This document shows positions 27,780-42,777 of a stretch of 64,000 nt of DNA, piece by piece (the first letter of the stretch is position 1; each line of letters begins with the position of its first letter). The position numbers and the translations under genes are program-made. The notes under the pieces were generated by a model. That model did no database searches. It saw nothing but the letters and a program-made list of their open reading frames with translations, and was not told the DNA's origin. The DNA is from Eledone cirrhosa (lineage: Eukaryota): assembly GCA_964016885.1 (NCBI GenBank), contig OZ024751.1, positions 26,536,001-26,600,000 on the forward strand, written 5' to 3'.

Positions 27780-28660
27780 ACACTTTCACTCTTCCACATG
27801 TGACCTTTTATCTACCCCTGGAAAGGTTTCTCAATTGTACACTGTTACATCCGTACACATACACACACATCTTCCCCTTCTTTAAATCCTGGTATTGGTT
27901 AATTTTCTCCTTCTCCTTTTCTTGCACTTTTGTGTTAAAGGGGCAAGCTACATCTATAATCAAGCAAGATCTTATTCCCTGACAAAAACCACCAGGTCAA
28001 GCCTATTGTGTTCTAATTGTTTATCTGTTTGTATTCTGAAATCCCGCAGCACCTTCGACCAGTCATTTTCTATCACCAACTCTGGCTTATGTCATACCGT
28101 TTCTCAGAATGAGGTAATTTGTTCAGTTTACATAAATGCCAGTGAATCACTTTTCCTATTATATCATACCTCCATCGTTTATAGTGAGTCTGGGCCAGGT
28201 GTTTACACTCAGATACGATAAGAGCCACAGTTTGGTCTCTCTCCACAGATCCTACAGAGCAGGCTAGTTTCCTCTTTGTCAATATGATGGGCTTGCTCTT
28301 GTGCAGCCAGTAGCAGTCCCTCTGTAGCTTTCGTAAGGTCTCCTTTCTTTAACCAGTCCCATGTCTGCGGATCTCTGAATTCTGTTTTCTTTAAAAAGAT
28401 GCTATAAAGGGCTTTTTCATTCAGGTTGTTCTTCCTCTTTGTTGTTACTTCCTCCTTGAACATCCCCTGGTCTATTATCCCCTCCTTCAATACAAGCCTT
28501 AAGCATTGGCTCATTACTCTCAGACACATATTTGTGTAAATAGCTTGTCTCCATCTGAACAGTCCTCCGTGCTGATTAGACCCCTTTTACCTTCAGATCT
28601 CCTTAAGTACAGCCTATCAACATCACCCTTCTTATGAGACACACTGTAGATGGTCATTAA
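27780..28660 (-). mobile_element. Non-LTR retrotransposon 3' fragment, R4/Dong-like (CCHC plus restriction-like endonuclease region)
   Basis: WDWLKKGDLTKATEGLLLAAQEQA, CRICGE, IVSECKHLAQTHYK.R.D.IGKVIHWHLCK; frameshifted. Confidence 0.8.
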
Positions 28661-28685
28661 TCATTATCACTATTATTATTATCTT

Positions 28686-28746
<61 letters not shown>

Positions 28747-30533
28747 TGTATATATATATATAAAATATATATTAAACTTAAGCCAAAATCTCATTTTGAG
28801 GGAATACAAGTCTAATTCAGCCAAAAAAGTCGGTTTTAACTTATATAATTCCCCGACGATGGTTTCTGGAACTCAAGATACAACAACACCAATTCCAAGA
28901 CTTTGGAATAACCAATATTGGAAGAATTTAAGTTCCTTGATCGGGAAGTGAATTCTTCTGAGTAATAAGGGGACGAGTTGACTATATATCATATCTACCA
29001 TGTCATTACTAGACCGTATGGTGTTTCTACCTTCTCATGTGGGCTATCATCAGGTGTATGTGTGTGTATCTATGGATATGTATGTGTGTGTGAGGTCTGT
29101 ACAAATGTATAATTGTTTCTACTATTGGCACAAGGCCAGCAATTACCCAGTACATTACTGGTACTTTATTTTATCGACTCCGTAAGGATGAAAGGCAAAG
29201 TTAACCTCGGCGGAATGGTGTTACATTTAGAGATATGGGTTATTTGTGGCTATATACACCCAGTAAAACGAACTAAGTACAATGGTACTTTAAACACCCA
29301 TTCTAATACACACACACACACACACAAATATATATATATATATAGAAAGAGAGAGAGAGTGAGTGAGTGAGTGAGTGAGTAAATCTAAAACATACACACA
29401 CAAACACGCACATACACACATACACACGCATCTATACACACATTCACACATACACACACACATACGCGCACACACACTCACACATACACACACTCACATA
29501 TACCCACCCACACACACACATATATATACAGTGAGTGAGTGAGTGAGTGAGTGAGTGAGTGAGTGAGTGAGTGAGAGAGAGAGAGTGAAGGGGAATTGGG
29601 AATGTTACAGCCAAAAATATATGATTTGTGGGGGTAAGAGATTAATTGAATATAGTGTGAGGGGAGTTGATGTAGAAATAGAATCTGTGATATTTGGCAG
29701 GTTTCTAATAGGAACAGTGATGGGGGCAGGCTTCCACTGGGAGTTGAACCCAATTTCCAGATTTACTTTATGAGACATTTAGCACTTGCTCTACAGTAGT
29801 TTTCATGCTTGAGATGATGTGTTAATAAGTTACTGAGAGAACCCGCCCCACATACACACTTTCTAGAAAAGAAGAAAACGAAAATGATAAAAAAAAAAAA
29901 AAAAAAAGACTGAAGTGTTGCTATGGCTCCTGATTATTATAAATGGTTTTACTTAGATTGATGGCAAGAAATAATCTTATTAAGATGAAATAGAAATAGT
30001 GTTTCTTATTAATGCGATTTCCATATAGCTACCAACCTTCAATACAGTCTCTGTCTTTCTCTTATCTCTCAGAAGTACTAAAAACACACTACCCCCAACC
30101 CAACAAAATGTATGATAAAAAATTAAACCAAACTCAGCATAGAATCAACTTCTAAAATGGGAGAAGTGATCCTGATGGAATTTAGAACAAAAGAGAAATC
30201 TTTGATAAACCCATGAGATTCTATAAACCTCCAAGGAAAGGCTTGATTAATAACCCTCCCCGTCACACACCCTGCAAAAATAAAAGAATGGAGAGATATC
30301 AAAAACCCCAAATGAACCTAATATAAAAGGGAAATAATTCTTGTAACAATTCGTCGCTAAAGTCAGGTAGAGGATCTCTTTAAGTAAATCTAAAATATAC
30401 ACACACAAACCCGCACATACACATGCATCTATACACACACTCACACATACACACACACATACGCGCACACCCACCCACACATACACACACTCGCATATAC
30501 CCACCCACACACATACACACATACATATATATA

Positions 30534-30800
30534 CAGTGAACCCCCGGCATTCGCGGTCCCAACATCCACGGAGTCGTAAATATCTTCCGCGATTTTTTTA
30601 TGCCTTTTTTCGTGGCAAAATATATTTTTTCACGTTTTTAACGCTAAATTATTAATAACAATATACCGTATTGCCGGCCTAGTGGACGTTATGTTTTGAC
30701 GTTTATAGGCATTTTTATGGACCACGTCCAATATTTGCGGTTTTTCACTCTTTGCGGGTACTCTAGGAACGTAACCCCAGCGAATAGCGGGGTACAACTG
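30534..30800. mobile_element. TA-flanked MITE (pogo/Tigger-like ends)
   Basis: ta-cagtgaacccccggcattcgc ... gcgaatagcggggtacaactg-ta imperfect TIRs. Confidence 0.7.
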
Positions 30801-31076
30801 TATATATATATATATAAATATATATATATATATTTAGTAATAATAATAGTAATAATAATAATAAGACCCGTTAAGGGTGAAAGCAGCGATTCTTTGCTTA
30901 AACTTTAATCTGTTATTTTAATAAATATATATATATATTAGAATTGGTTCTCTGAAATAGCGATATATATATGAATGTATATATAGTGTATTTTGCAATA
31001 CACTGTATGCTTAATTAAAAGCACTTTGAAGACCTTACGCTATTGTTTTAAAGTAGTGACTATGTCACTTACTTCT

Positions 31077-31165
31077 TTTTTCAACAAACAAAGGGAGATA
31101 AGCTGACATCTGTTTCATACTGTTGGTATTTCTCAGAGCTTAGCACTCCCCTTGTTTGTTGAAAA
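31077..31165 (-). ncRNA. Degenerate hammerhead with long stem I
   Basis: ~25-bp imperfect stem I, CUGAGAA core (one base lost or changed), AUAC/GUAU stem II, GAAACAGAUGUC. Confidence 0.55.
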
Positions 31166-33301
31166 TTATGAATGTTGGATTCTTATAGAATTCCAGTAAT
31201 AATCAGGAACTGGGAGAGGGAGAGAGAAGGAGAGGGGATGATGGGAGAGAGGGGAGAGAGAGAGGGTGGAGAGAGAGAGGGGGAGGGATGGCGGTGGTGG
31301 TGGTATGGTGGTGGTGGTATGGTGGTGGTATGGTGGTGGTGGTGGTCGTAGTAGTAGTATGGTGGTGGTGGTGATGGTGGTAGTGGTGGTATGGTAGTGG
31401 TGGTGGTAGTATGGTGTTGTTGGGGGTGGTGGTATGGTGTTGTGGTGTAGGTGGTGGTGGTGGTGTAGGTGGCGGCAGAATTGATTGGTAAAAGAAAGGC
31501 AGAGATTGTTCGGGGGTGATAGGTGTAGAGATTGGTAAAAAGGGGGAAGGGTGTCAGAGTGAAAAGTGGAGCAAATGGGTGCAGAGCTAGTCTCACTTAG
31601 AGATAGAGAGAGAGAGAGAGAGTGTGTGAGAGATGATAGAGAGTGTGTGTGTGAGAGAGAGAGAGAGAGAGATAGAGTGTGTGAGAGAGAGAGAGAGAGA
31701 GAGTGTGAGACAGAGAGTATGTATGAGAGAGAGAGTATGTGTGAGAGAGTGTGTGTGAGAGAGAGAGACAGTGTGTGAGTGAGAGAGAGAGAGAGGTGCC
31801 AGTGGTTATGCTAAACAAGTACAACGATATAAACTACCAGTGATGTATTGGGGTCAATTTAACTGGTTGCCAGATATTTCTTATTGACTGAGATGGTTCA
31901 ATATACCAGTGATGTACTGGGGTTCAACAGCTCCCCCCACCACCTCATTACTGACATGGTGTTTAAATTAGAGCCTAAGTGTTGGTATCACATTAGTTTC
32001 CAGTTTGTGGAGTTCTCTGCCAACAATTCCAGGGTTATTCCTGCCCAAATAGGTCACTATATATAAAGAGACATATAACCCCCTTACATATGTTGAAATC
32101 GAATACAACTACATACATACACACTCTCTGTCTCTCACACACACTCACACACATACACTCCCCTCTCTCACATACACCCCCCTCTTTCTCTCACATACAC
32201 TCCCTCTCACACATACACCCCCTCTCTCACATGCACACCCTTCTCTCTCACACACACTCCCCCTCTCTCTCTCACATACACCGCCCTCTCTCTCTCACAT
32301 ACACTTCCCCCTCTCTCACATATATTTTGGAAGAAAAAAAGGTTAATGACATTTCTATAGACAGTGGCGTTAGTGCGAACAGTTCTAGTGACGTGTTTGG
32401 CAACAGCAGCAGCAGCAGCAGCAACAGCAACAACAACAACAACAGCAACAGCAACAACAACAGCAACAACAACAACAACAAGGCGTGTTTGGCAACAACA
32501 ATTATGACAACAGCAGCAACAACAATAACAACAACAGTCACATGTTTTGTAAAAGGAAAATATAAGTGTCTTTTAATAGGTTTGAAGCAGTTTTGCTAAC
32601 ATTGCTAGTCACAAAAGTTGTGGAGAGAGATTAAACGGAGTGTGAGAGGCGTTACAGAGGAGTGGAGATACTTGCCCAAGGAACGAGAAAGAAGAATAGT
32701 AGCATACTACCGCCTCCCGAAAAAAAAGTACAACGAAGGGGGAGGTAAGCCTTGTTTGATGTATGTGGGTGGTGATTAGGGTCACCATTGACCAACGCAG
32801 GGTGTACGGGAGTGTCTGATTGGTTTTAACAACTGATGACGAAGTAACAGGCTGAGTTGGTGCACAACTTATGTCCACCTGGTGACAGGGGTAATGGTAG
32901 TGACATTGGATCATGGCTCGTTATCATAGCGCAATAGGATTGATCTTCCGTCGCTCTCAATGATGAGCATTCAGTTGTTCGACCAACTGCACGTGGGACA
33001 CGTGAATTAATGTATAAGTGGTTGAGTATATCTCAGACAAGTGCATCATTGACGTGATTCTCTGACAGAACCAACGAAACACGTGGCATGACTGGACCTA
33101 TCAATTTCAGTACTATTGTGTAAAGATGACGACAAACCATGCTAATATCTCTGGCTGAGGTTTAGAAGAAGGAGGAGGAAGAGAAGGAGGAGGGGGAGGA
33201 GAAGAAGGAAAAGAAGAAGAAAAAGAAGAAGAAGGAAGAGAAGAAGAAGAAAATGAAGAAAAAGAAGAAGAATTAGAAAAAGAAGAAGAAAGTAATTTTA
33301 C

Positions 33302-33441
33302 CTGAACTGCACACAACCAGATCCACGTTGTGGGGCCTTCCATTTCACTGAGATACCTTTCTTAGGCAGCAGAAATCTGTGTATAAGAACTGTGTGGTTA
33401 CATTGTCTGGCAATCTGGAGAATATCTTCACTGTCCTCCAG
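33302..33441 (-). CDS. SPON1: F-spondin-like exon (Reeler domain)
   Basis: LEDSEDILQIARQCNHTVLIHRFLLPKKGISVKWKAPQRGSGCVQFR; WxAP..G.GCV Reeler motif; ttccag/gtaaaa sites; 140 nt ending in phase 2. Confidence 0.88.
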
Positions 33442-33465
33442 CTGGAATTGGAAATGGTGTTGATT

Positions 33466-33502
<37 letters not shown>

Positions 33503-33519
33503 AGAGAGATAATAAGGAT

Positions 33520-33835
33520 TCCTACAAAGTTAACGTTGGCGGGATTTGAACTCAGACCATAAAGGGCCGTAACTCTTTGTTGCAAAGCATGGCGCCAGAT
33601 CCTCTACCGATACTGCTAATCCACCTCCTTGATGAACAACAGAATATAATTGTTTCTACTTTTGGCACATGGCCAGAAATTATCTCAGTACATAACTGGT
33701 ACTTTATTTTATCGACCCCGTAAGGATGAAAGGCAAAGTTAACCTCGGCAGGATTTGAACTCAGACCATAAAGGGCCGTAACTCTTTGCTGCAAAGCATG
33801 GCGTCCGATCCTCTACTGATACTGCCAATCCACCA
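33520..33835 (-). mobile_element. SINE family A, 1.5 tandem copies
   Basis: Same consensus as 1535-1711. Confidence 0.82.
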
Positions 33836-33949
33836 CCCTACAACAGAATGTAATGGGAGATAGTTTGATGAATAAACACCTTTTATATGTAATATGTTTG
33901 AACTATTAATTAATGCTTGAAATACGGAAAGTACTTTTGACTCAACCTG

Positions 33950-34062
<113 letters not shown>

Positions 34063-35173
34063 CTGATTATAGAAAAGTACCAGTCATATACTGGCGCCGA
34101 TACAATCTAGTCAATATATGTTTCCATGTAAATGTGAGGTGTGACTATGTTAGAAATGAAATGTCAGGTCATTGTTAATGGTGCTGCCATGTAAAACAGA
34201 TTAACACTTCCTCTACAGTAGTTTTAACATGAAACAGAGACAGCAGTTGTTTTTCTAAGGGATTTCAATAAGCTAGGAGCCTTATTTAGGTGAGATGAAG
34301 TGGGTCAAGAATCACTTAGGGAAACACATTTTAAAGGGTTTCTGTTTAATATCCAAGCTGTAGCAGTTGTAGATATAAATGGCGTCGTCTTCGTCTTCAA
34401 TTAATTTCTCAAGATGGATTTGTATTTTATTTTATTTCGATAATCATAATTATCACAATTAGTTCAGGTGGGTGGGTGGCTATGTGGGGTGGTGGTGTTA
34501 TGTAGTTGGGTGTTTAGGTGAGTGGGTGAGGTCGGATTATTTGGGTGTGAGGGTGGTTAGGTGATTATGTGGGTGGGTGGTAGCTTTGAAATAATATGTT
34601 TTTTGCTTGAAAGATTTCCAAAGTCCTTCAAGCTGTGAATCTTTTTGAAACAGATAAAGGGACTAACCTGTAATTAAGTGAGGGAAGGGGGAGGGGGGGG
34701 GGTTCACCCCAATCCCCCCACTGCTAGTGTATGTATATATAATGTGTGTGCACATGTACGTATGTATGTGCATATGAAGATATGTATGTGTGTGCTGTTG
34801 CCTAGCTTCAGGTCAGCCTTCATCAAAAAGACCTACAATTAGCCGTGACCCTCCCGTATTTTCCTTATGTACAGCAACACTCCCCCAACGTAAGACATAA
34901 CAGTAAAGAACAACCCCCTAAGGTAGGTTTAAATCTCTGCCCACACTTAACTTTTACTGTATGGATAGCAACTGTAATTGTCACACTGATATGGCTTGGA
35001 AATTACGTTAAGTGTACACGTGTTTGTGGAATACTCAACCACTTACACGTTATTTCACAAGCTGGGCGTTCAGTTGAACAAAAAATCGAAAGTTCGTTGC
35101 GGTGTACAGTATAGGTTCTTCAACTGGATTCAGGAATTATATAGAAGGGGTAACAATGAAATCAATTATTTAC

Positions 35174-35277
35174 CTTAAAATCTCCCAGACTCTTGTATTC
35201 TTCGAGAGTACCATTCGGAACGACGACCATCATAATTCCCAGTAAGTTCTGATCTGGACGGGAACCATTCACAGTAA
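35174..35277 (-). CDS. SPON1: F-spondin-like gene, first identifiable coding exon (Reeler domain)
   Basis: ttctgtgcag acceptor and gtaaat donor; encodes xTVNGSRPDQNLLGIMMVVVPNGTLEEYKSLGDFK; phase-0 end matches next exon; not in ORF track. Confidence 0.75.
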
Positions 35278-36200
35278 CTGCACAGAAAACAAGAGAACAA
35301 CGATATTATAAGAGTGTCTAATTTAGGCAGAAATACAGTAATTTGTTGGAAAAGAAACGTCGATGGAATCTTCCCGAGTATTTCACTGGTACTTTATTAT
35401 ACCGACCACAGTACGTTACTGGTACTTTATTATACCGACTCCGGATGAATATAAGGTAAAGTTGACATGAGCGAGGTTTTTAAAACTAAGAACATTAAGA
35501 GTCAGAAAAAACAGGAATATAACAACAACAATAACACTAATAATAGACACAACAATAACAACAACAATAATAGACACAACAACAACAATAATGATACTAA
35601 TAATAGACGGACGCTCTACCGATTCTGCCAATCCACCGCCTTCATAATAATCATATAAATAATTGTTTCTACTTTTGGTACAAGGCCAGCAATTATCACA
35701 GTGTATTACTGGTACTTTATTTTATCGACCCCGTAAGGATGAAAGGCAAAGTTAACCTCGGCAATAATGTATTGTAATTATTTGTATAAATGACTAATTA
35801 GCCACTAATGTGTAAACACACTAACGTGTAAACACACTATCGTGTAAACACATTAACGAAAGACAAATCAATCACCATTTGACAAATTCAGTCGTTAACA
35901 CACACACATACACACAGGCAGACACATACACATACACACACAGAGACAGACAGACACACACACACACAAAGCTAATCAAATGAAAACCTTATTATTCGGT
36001 GCAAGGTTAAAAAGGAGGAATGCGTACTTTGAAATTGATGCATAAGAGATGTTTGAATTGGAGCGTGAAAAACTAATGATCGTCAGAAATAAACTGGTAC
36101 TCGAAGATAATGAGGGTAATTTAATTAAAGTGTTGGACTTTACTCCATTAAACCCAGCCAACAAAACAGAAAAGACATACACGAACACACGAAGAAGGTG

Positions 36201-37030
36201 TCTATATTAGGTCTATAGTGTAATACCTACACTACTCAACAAGGGAGACTACCACAACATACCCTCTATATTAGGTCTATAGTGTTATACCTACACTACT
36301 CAACAAGGGAGACTACCACAACATACCCTCTATATTAGGTCTATAGTGTTATACCTACACTACTCAACAAGGGAGACTACCACAACATACCCTCTATATT
36401 AGGTCTATAGTGTTATACCTACACTACTCAACAAGGGAGACTACCACAACATACCCTCTATATTAGGTCTATAGTGTTATACCTACCTCTACACAACAAG
36501 GGAGACTACCACAACATACCCTCTATATTAGGTCTATAGTGTTATACCTACACTACTCAACAAGGGAGACTACCACAACATACCCTCTATATTAGGTCTA
36601 TAGTGTTATACCTACACTACACAACAAGGGAGACTACCACAACATACCCTCTATATTAGGTCTATAGTGTTATACCTACACTACTCAACAAGGGAGACTA
36701 CCACAACATACCCTCTATATTAGGTCTATAGTGTTATACCTACCTCTACACAACAAGGGAGACTACCACAACATACCCTCTATATTAGGTCTATAGTGTT
36801 ATACCTACACTACTCAACAAGGGAGACTACCACAACATACCCTCTATATTAGGTCTATAGTGTTATACCTACACTACACAACAAGGGAGACTACCACAAC
36901 ATACCCTCTATATTAGGTCTATAGTGTTATACCTACACTACTCAACAAGGGAGACTACCACAATATACCCTCTATATTAGGTCTATAGTGTTATACCTAC
37001 ACTACTCAACAAGGGAGACTACCACAACAT
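36201..37030. repeat. 64-bp minisatellite, ~13 copies
   Basis: Period 64 (tctatattag at 36201, 36265, ...). Confidence 0.95.
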
Positions 37031-37294
37031 TACTCTCTCTCTCTCTATATATATATGTATATAGCCAATTGAGTTCTTAAACACGTGGTTAAAATATCTA
37101 ACAGGCTTCAATGTCCAGTGTGTATATTATTTTATATTTTACGATGACCACCCCTTTCCCTTTTGGGGACAGTGTGAATTTTCTTTTTGAAGGACTACTG
37201 GCTTTTCAAATTTAGCTGTTCTTCTAGCACTGACGGAGACCATCACTGATTATTAATATCGATGTAATTTTTTTATATCGATATTGCATGGGCA

Positions 37295-37417
37295 TCCACT
37301 CATGAGTTATAAGGGCCCGCTTGTGTGTATATCTATGGATTATATACAAGTTTCTACATAACTTGGACATTATTTATCCAAACTTGTAGAAATCTTATAA
37401 CGAAACGATCGTATGGA
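37295..37417 (+). ncRNA. Degenerate hammerhead (CUCAUGA core) with long stem II
   Basis: UCCA-CUCAUGA-GUUAUAAG...CUUAUAAC-GAAA-CGAUCG-UA-UGGA. Confidence 0.55.
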
Positions 37418-37817
37418 AAGAAAGAGAGATTTATTTAATTATGTCTCATATAAAATAATACAACCAACTATCCACGGAATACTATAGTTAGCACCCCAAA
37501 CACTTAATTGGGATTATACTTAGGTATATCTTAATGTTTGTTGAGTGAGATGGAGTTGGTCAGAGTATCGCTTAAAGCTTTCTCTGTTAATGTATTAAAT
37601 GTATATATATATATATATTCAAATTTTAGTACAGCATTAACCAAGCTTTAGTTCGCGGCCAAGCTAACGAATGCAAATTCGGTATGTAGCTTTAGCACTC
37701 GAATGGGAATAGTACCCCAGAGTAATAACAATACGTTTAGACAGCTTAGCAAATCAAATATAGCGATCGACAGTCCAGCCGCATTACCACAGCAACGAAA
37801 ATACAGGACTCAGGAAA

Positions 37818-37889
<72 letters not shown>

Positions 37890-38978
37890 CTATATATATA
37901 TTACTCTCTATATATTGTATCATTTGAGCTTTTGTCCAGTGGTGTCTCACACATGTTTATCTAGCCACACACCTAGTTTATTACTTTATTTTGACCTATT
38001 TCTATGGATGATGACACGGCAAGTTCACTCAACCGAATAAATAAATACTCAAACAAGCAAATAATATAAAAATAATAATAATAATCCAGTATTTATTGGC
38101 TGATGGGAGCGACGGATCACACGTACGTATACAATAGGTTTTATATAAAAATGATTAAAAATGAAACATGTTAAGGTGTAAAAGTGTTAGGAAGGTAAAA
38201 ACCAACGTTTTAGAACATGAAAAATACGTTCAAATAAAAATAATAACAATTGTTTCTATTTTAGGCACAAGGCCAGCAATATTTCGTGTTGTGGGAGGGG
38301 AGAGGTTGGGGGAAAAGTCGAGTATATCGAACCCAGTACTGGATTGATACTTTAATTTAACGAACCCGGAAGGATGAAAGGCTAAGTTGAACTAGAAAAA
38401 AATACTGCTATGGTTTTGTGCAACGCTCTATCGACTTGTTTGGCACAAGACCAGTAATTTGTGGAAATTCAATTATATCGACCCCAGTACCTCACTGGTA
38501 CTTTATTTTATCGACCTCTAAAGGATGAAAAGCAAAGTTTACATTTTACTCAGAACGTAAAGGGTCGTAACTAAATGCCAGCAAGCATTTCATCCAATGT
38601 TCTAACGATTCTGCCAATCCAGATGTCTCACATCTGGATATCAGACCATAATACATCTTCGTGCCAGACATCTGTTATATTATATCACATTAATCTCTGT
38701 GTTATATTGGTGGCACACCACTGTAACAGATGTACAGTTGTGTCACACCACTGTACATCTGTTAAAATGGTGTGACACAAGTGTACATCTATTACAGTGG
38801 TGTGACACAATGTACACACCACTGTAACAGAAGCACAATGGTGTGACACATCTGTTATAGTTGTGTCACACCACTGTACATCTGTTATAGGGGTGTCTGC
38901 CATACATTACAACAAAGAGCACGCAAGAGAGCCAACAGCAGTAGCAATACTAGTACCAATAGTACCAGTAACAGTAGC

Positions 38979-39055
<77 letters not shown>

Positions 39056-39306
39056 TAGCTATCAAGATGTCGCCAGTTTTTTTACACCAGACTCCTACCT
39101 GGATGCTCTCCATTTTTATCTACTTTTGGCACAAGGCCAGCAATTACCCAGTGCATTACTGTTTATCATAATTTAAACTAGAAATAACAACATCATCAAA
39201 TCTCGTTTATCTTAAATGTCAGGAAAACAACAACAACAACAACAACACCAACAACAAATAATGAACAAAAACAAACAACTCGCTACCAAAATAAAATTAA
39301 GATTAA

Positions 39307-39361
<55 letters not shown>

Positions 39362-39414
39362 CATACAGAAGCACACACAAATACATGTATATATAATTTT
39401 TCACATGCATCCAG

Positions 39415-39446
<32 letters not shown>

Positions 39447-39463
39447 GCATCTCTCTCTCTCTC

Positions 39464-39521
<58 letters not shown>

Positions 39522-39707
39522 AAACAAGTATGATTTCCTATTTAAACTGTAAGATAAGATAGTTTCAAAGGCAAGCTAGTTCTCACTTTGATGTCGACAA
39601 ACTTGTCATACTTGCTTACACAAATCTCACAACAAACGTTGGCTTTCAAACACTGCTCCAGCTTCTTCAAGAATGAAGGCAGAAGACAGATAGACAGACT
39701 GACAGAT

Positions 39708-39738
<31 letters not shown>

Positions 39739-39755
39739 GAGATAGACAGACAGAT

Positions 39756-39786
<31 letters not shown>

Positions 39787-40280
39787 GAGATAGACAGACA
39801 GACATACAGGCAGACATACATACAGATAGACAGACAGACAGACATAGAAGATAGACAGAGATAGAAGACAGACAGACATACAGACAGACAGAGAAGACAT
39901 ACAGGCAGACAGACAGACAGAGAGATAGACAGACAGACAGATAGACAGACAGACAGATAGACAGACAGACAGAGAGATAGACAGACAGACATAGAAGATA
40001 GACAGACAGATAGACAGATAGACAGGCAGACAGATAGACAGACAGACATAGAAGATAGACAGACAGAGAGATAGACAGACAGAGAGACAGATAGACAGGC
40101 AGACAGAGAGACAGAGACATAGAAGACAGGCAGACAGATAGACAGACAGACATAGAAGACAGACAGACAGAGAGATAGACACATAAAAAATGGCGGGCGT
40201 AAAAATAAAATAACCAACGAGTTCCGTATTCACTACAATTACCGCCGCCGCCACCACCACCACCTCCACCACCACCACCG

Positions 40281-40367
<87 letters not shown>

Positions 40368-40784
40368 GTAATAATAATAACAACAATGACAGTAGTTGTA
40401 GCTACAACTACATCAACAATAAACATAGAATTGTTTTCTTTTGTTGTTTGTTTTTGTTTGTTATTGTTTATTATTTTTCTTGTTTTTATTAATGTTTGTT
40501 TATATTTTATTGTATTTTTATGGCCGCGAAAACTGAAGTTTGTTTTATTTCTACAACTCCAGCGTTTGTCACCCAAGTAGAACTTCCATATTGTTTGAAG
40601 AAACACAAGTTGGTGGAACCACCCTGTGTCGGGTGGGTCTCTGTGGGTGTCGGGTGGGTCTCTGTGGGTGTCGGGTGGGTCTCTGCGGGAGTCGGCTAGT
40701 TATATATGCGTAAGCGTGTCCCTATGTATGTATGTGTGTATGGATGTATGTATATATGTGTGTATGTATGTGTGTGTGTGTGTG

Positions 40785-40815
<31 letters not shown>

Positions 40816-41144
40816 GTGTATGTAGGTATATATTGATGTATGTATGTATGTATGTATGTATGTGTGTATGCATGTATATATTTATGTATGTATGTATGTA
40901 TAAATGTATGTATGCATGTGTATATGTCTATATGTAATTATGTATGTATATATATATATATGGGTGTATATATTTGTATATATGTATAGACATATACATA
41001 CATACGCGTACACATATACTACAAACACACACACACACACATATATGTACACACATACATACATGTAAATATATATGCACATATATATTTACCTCTCTAT
41101 CATCCATTTATCCCCCTCTCTCTCTCTATGTATCTATGTATATT

Positions 41145-41238
<94 letters not shown>

Positions 41239-41371
41239 TTATAAACACATTAATGTATGTATGTGAGCCCTAGAACAGATGCTCTCTCACATCACATCTA
41301 TTCAGCTCTTATCCACCCACCTTTATCGCCATCAACTATCCGATTTCAAACTGCAACACACACATATATAT

Positions 41372-41464
<93 letters not shown>

Positions 41465-41824
41465 AATCAACGGAGTTAAAAGTAATATTTGACAAGTTAG
41501 GAACTTCACAGACACGTGGAACCAATGTTTTGTTGGATATTTCTCCCCTTCCGACTTTCCCACCCCACAACAAATAAATAAAATCAAAACTGAAAATAAA
41601 ACAAACGTCTTTATTTAAAGCTGATGTATTGACCTCCTTTTTTTTATATTCCGTCTTTTAAGTAATTTCTAATTTTAACTGTTAGACATTGACGACAGAG
41701 AGTGATGTAGCTCTGTAGGAACAGGAGTAACAAGATGTCAAGTGATGAATTGATACCGTGACATTCTTCGGTGAAGCCTCTGTCGTTGTTATTGCTGTTA
41801 GGTTTTAACCCCAGGTCAGCCGGA

Positions 41825-42037
41825 TTAAACCTTTAGCATTTAAACCGGCCATATCCAGCTAGAATTCTCTCATCTCTTTCTGTTCAAACTGGACGTAACC
41901 AGCTGTTCATACTGACGTTAAGGTATTGTTATCAAAATAAATATCAAAATCTCATAGATTCGATATTATGTGAGATAAAGACTTTACCACGAAAATACAA
42001 TAGTAAATATAGAGTAATGTAATTGATAAAGGGTTAA
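41825..42037. mobile_element. TTAA-flanked MITE, second copy
   Basis: Aligns by eye with 8839-9067. Confidence 0.7.
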
Positions 42038-42240
42038 ACAAGCCTATGGTAAAAACCTGTACCAAACGTTACTACCTTAGCTTTTGTAAGCCAAGGAATA
42101 TTATATACAATATGTTCCTTTAGAAAAGATCATAGAATCAATATTTTAACTCGTATCGAAATAAGGAAGTAAAAGAAAGAAAAAACGAAACAAAAATAAG
42201 AAATATTTTGTTGGTTTTAGTTTTTTGAAATATTAAATAT

Positions 42241-42362
<122 letters not shown>

Positions 42363-42429
42363 TCACAGCCTGACCAATAAAGGACTTTAACATCTGAAAC
42401 TACTTCGCATTTTCTTTCTTTCTCTCTCC

Positions 42430-42518
<89 letters not shown>

Positions 42519-42729
42519 GTAGGTGGTTCAGTGAAATACTGGTGTTGGTACCAAGCAAGCACCCTATTCACAGGCAGAGTGTACATAATAGAAAAAAAAA
42601 ACGAGGAAGTTTCGTTTACATATAAAAGATATTTATTGTGTATCGACTTGTAACACTCCTTGAGCCAATCCTCTGCGAAACGCGCGTAACAGGTCGATAT
42701 GCAAGAAATATTTTTTATATGTAAACCTT

Positions 42730-42777
<48 letters not shown>

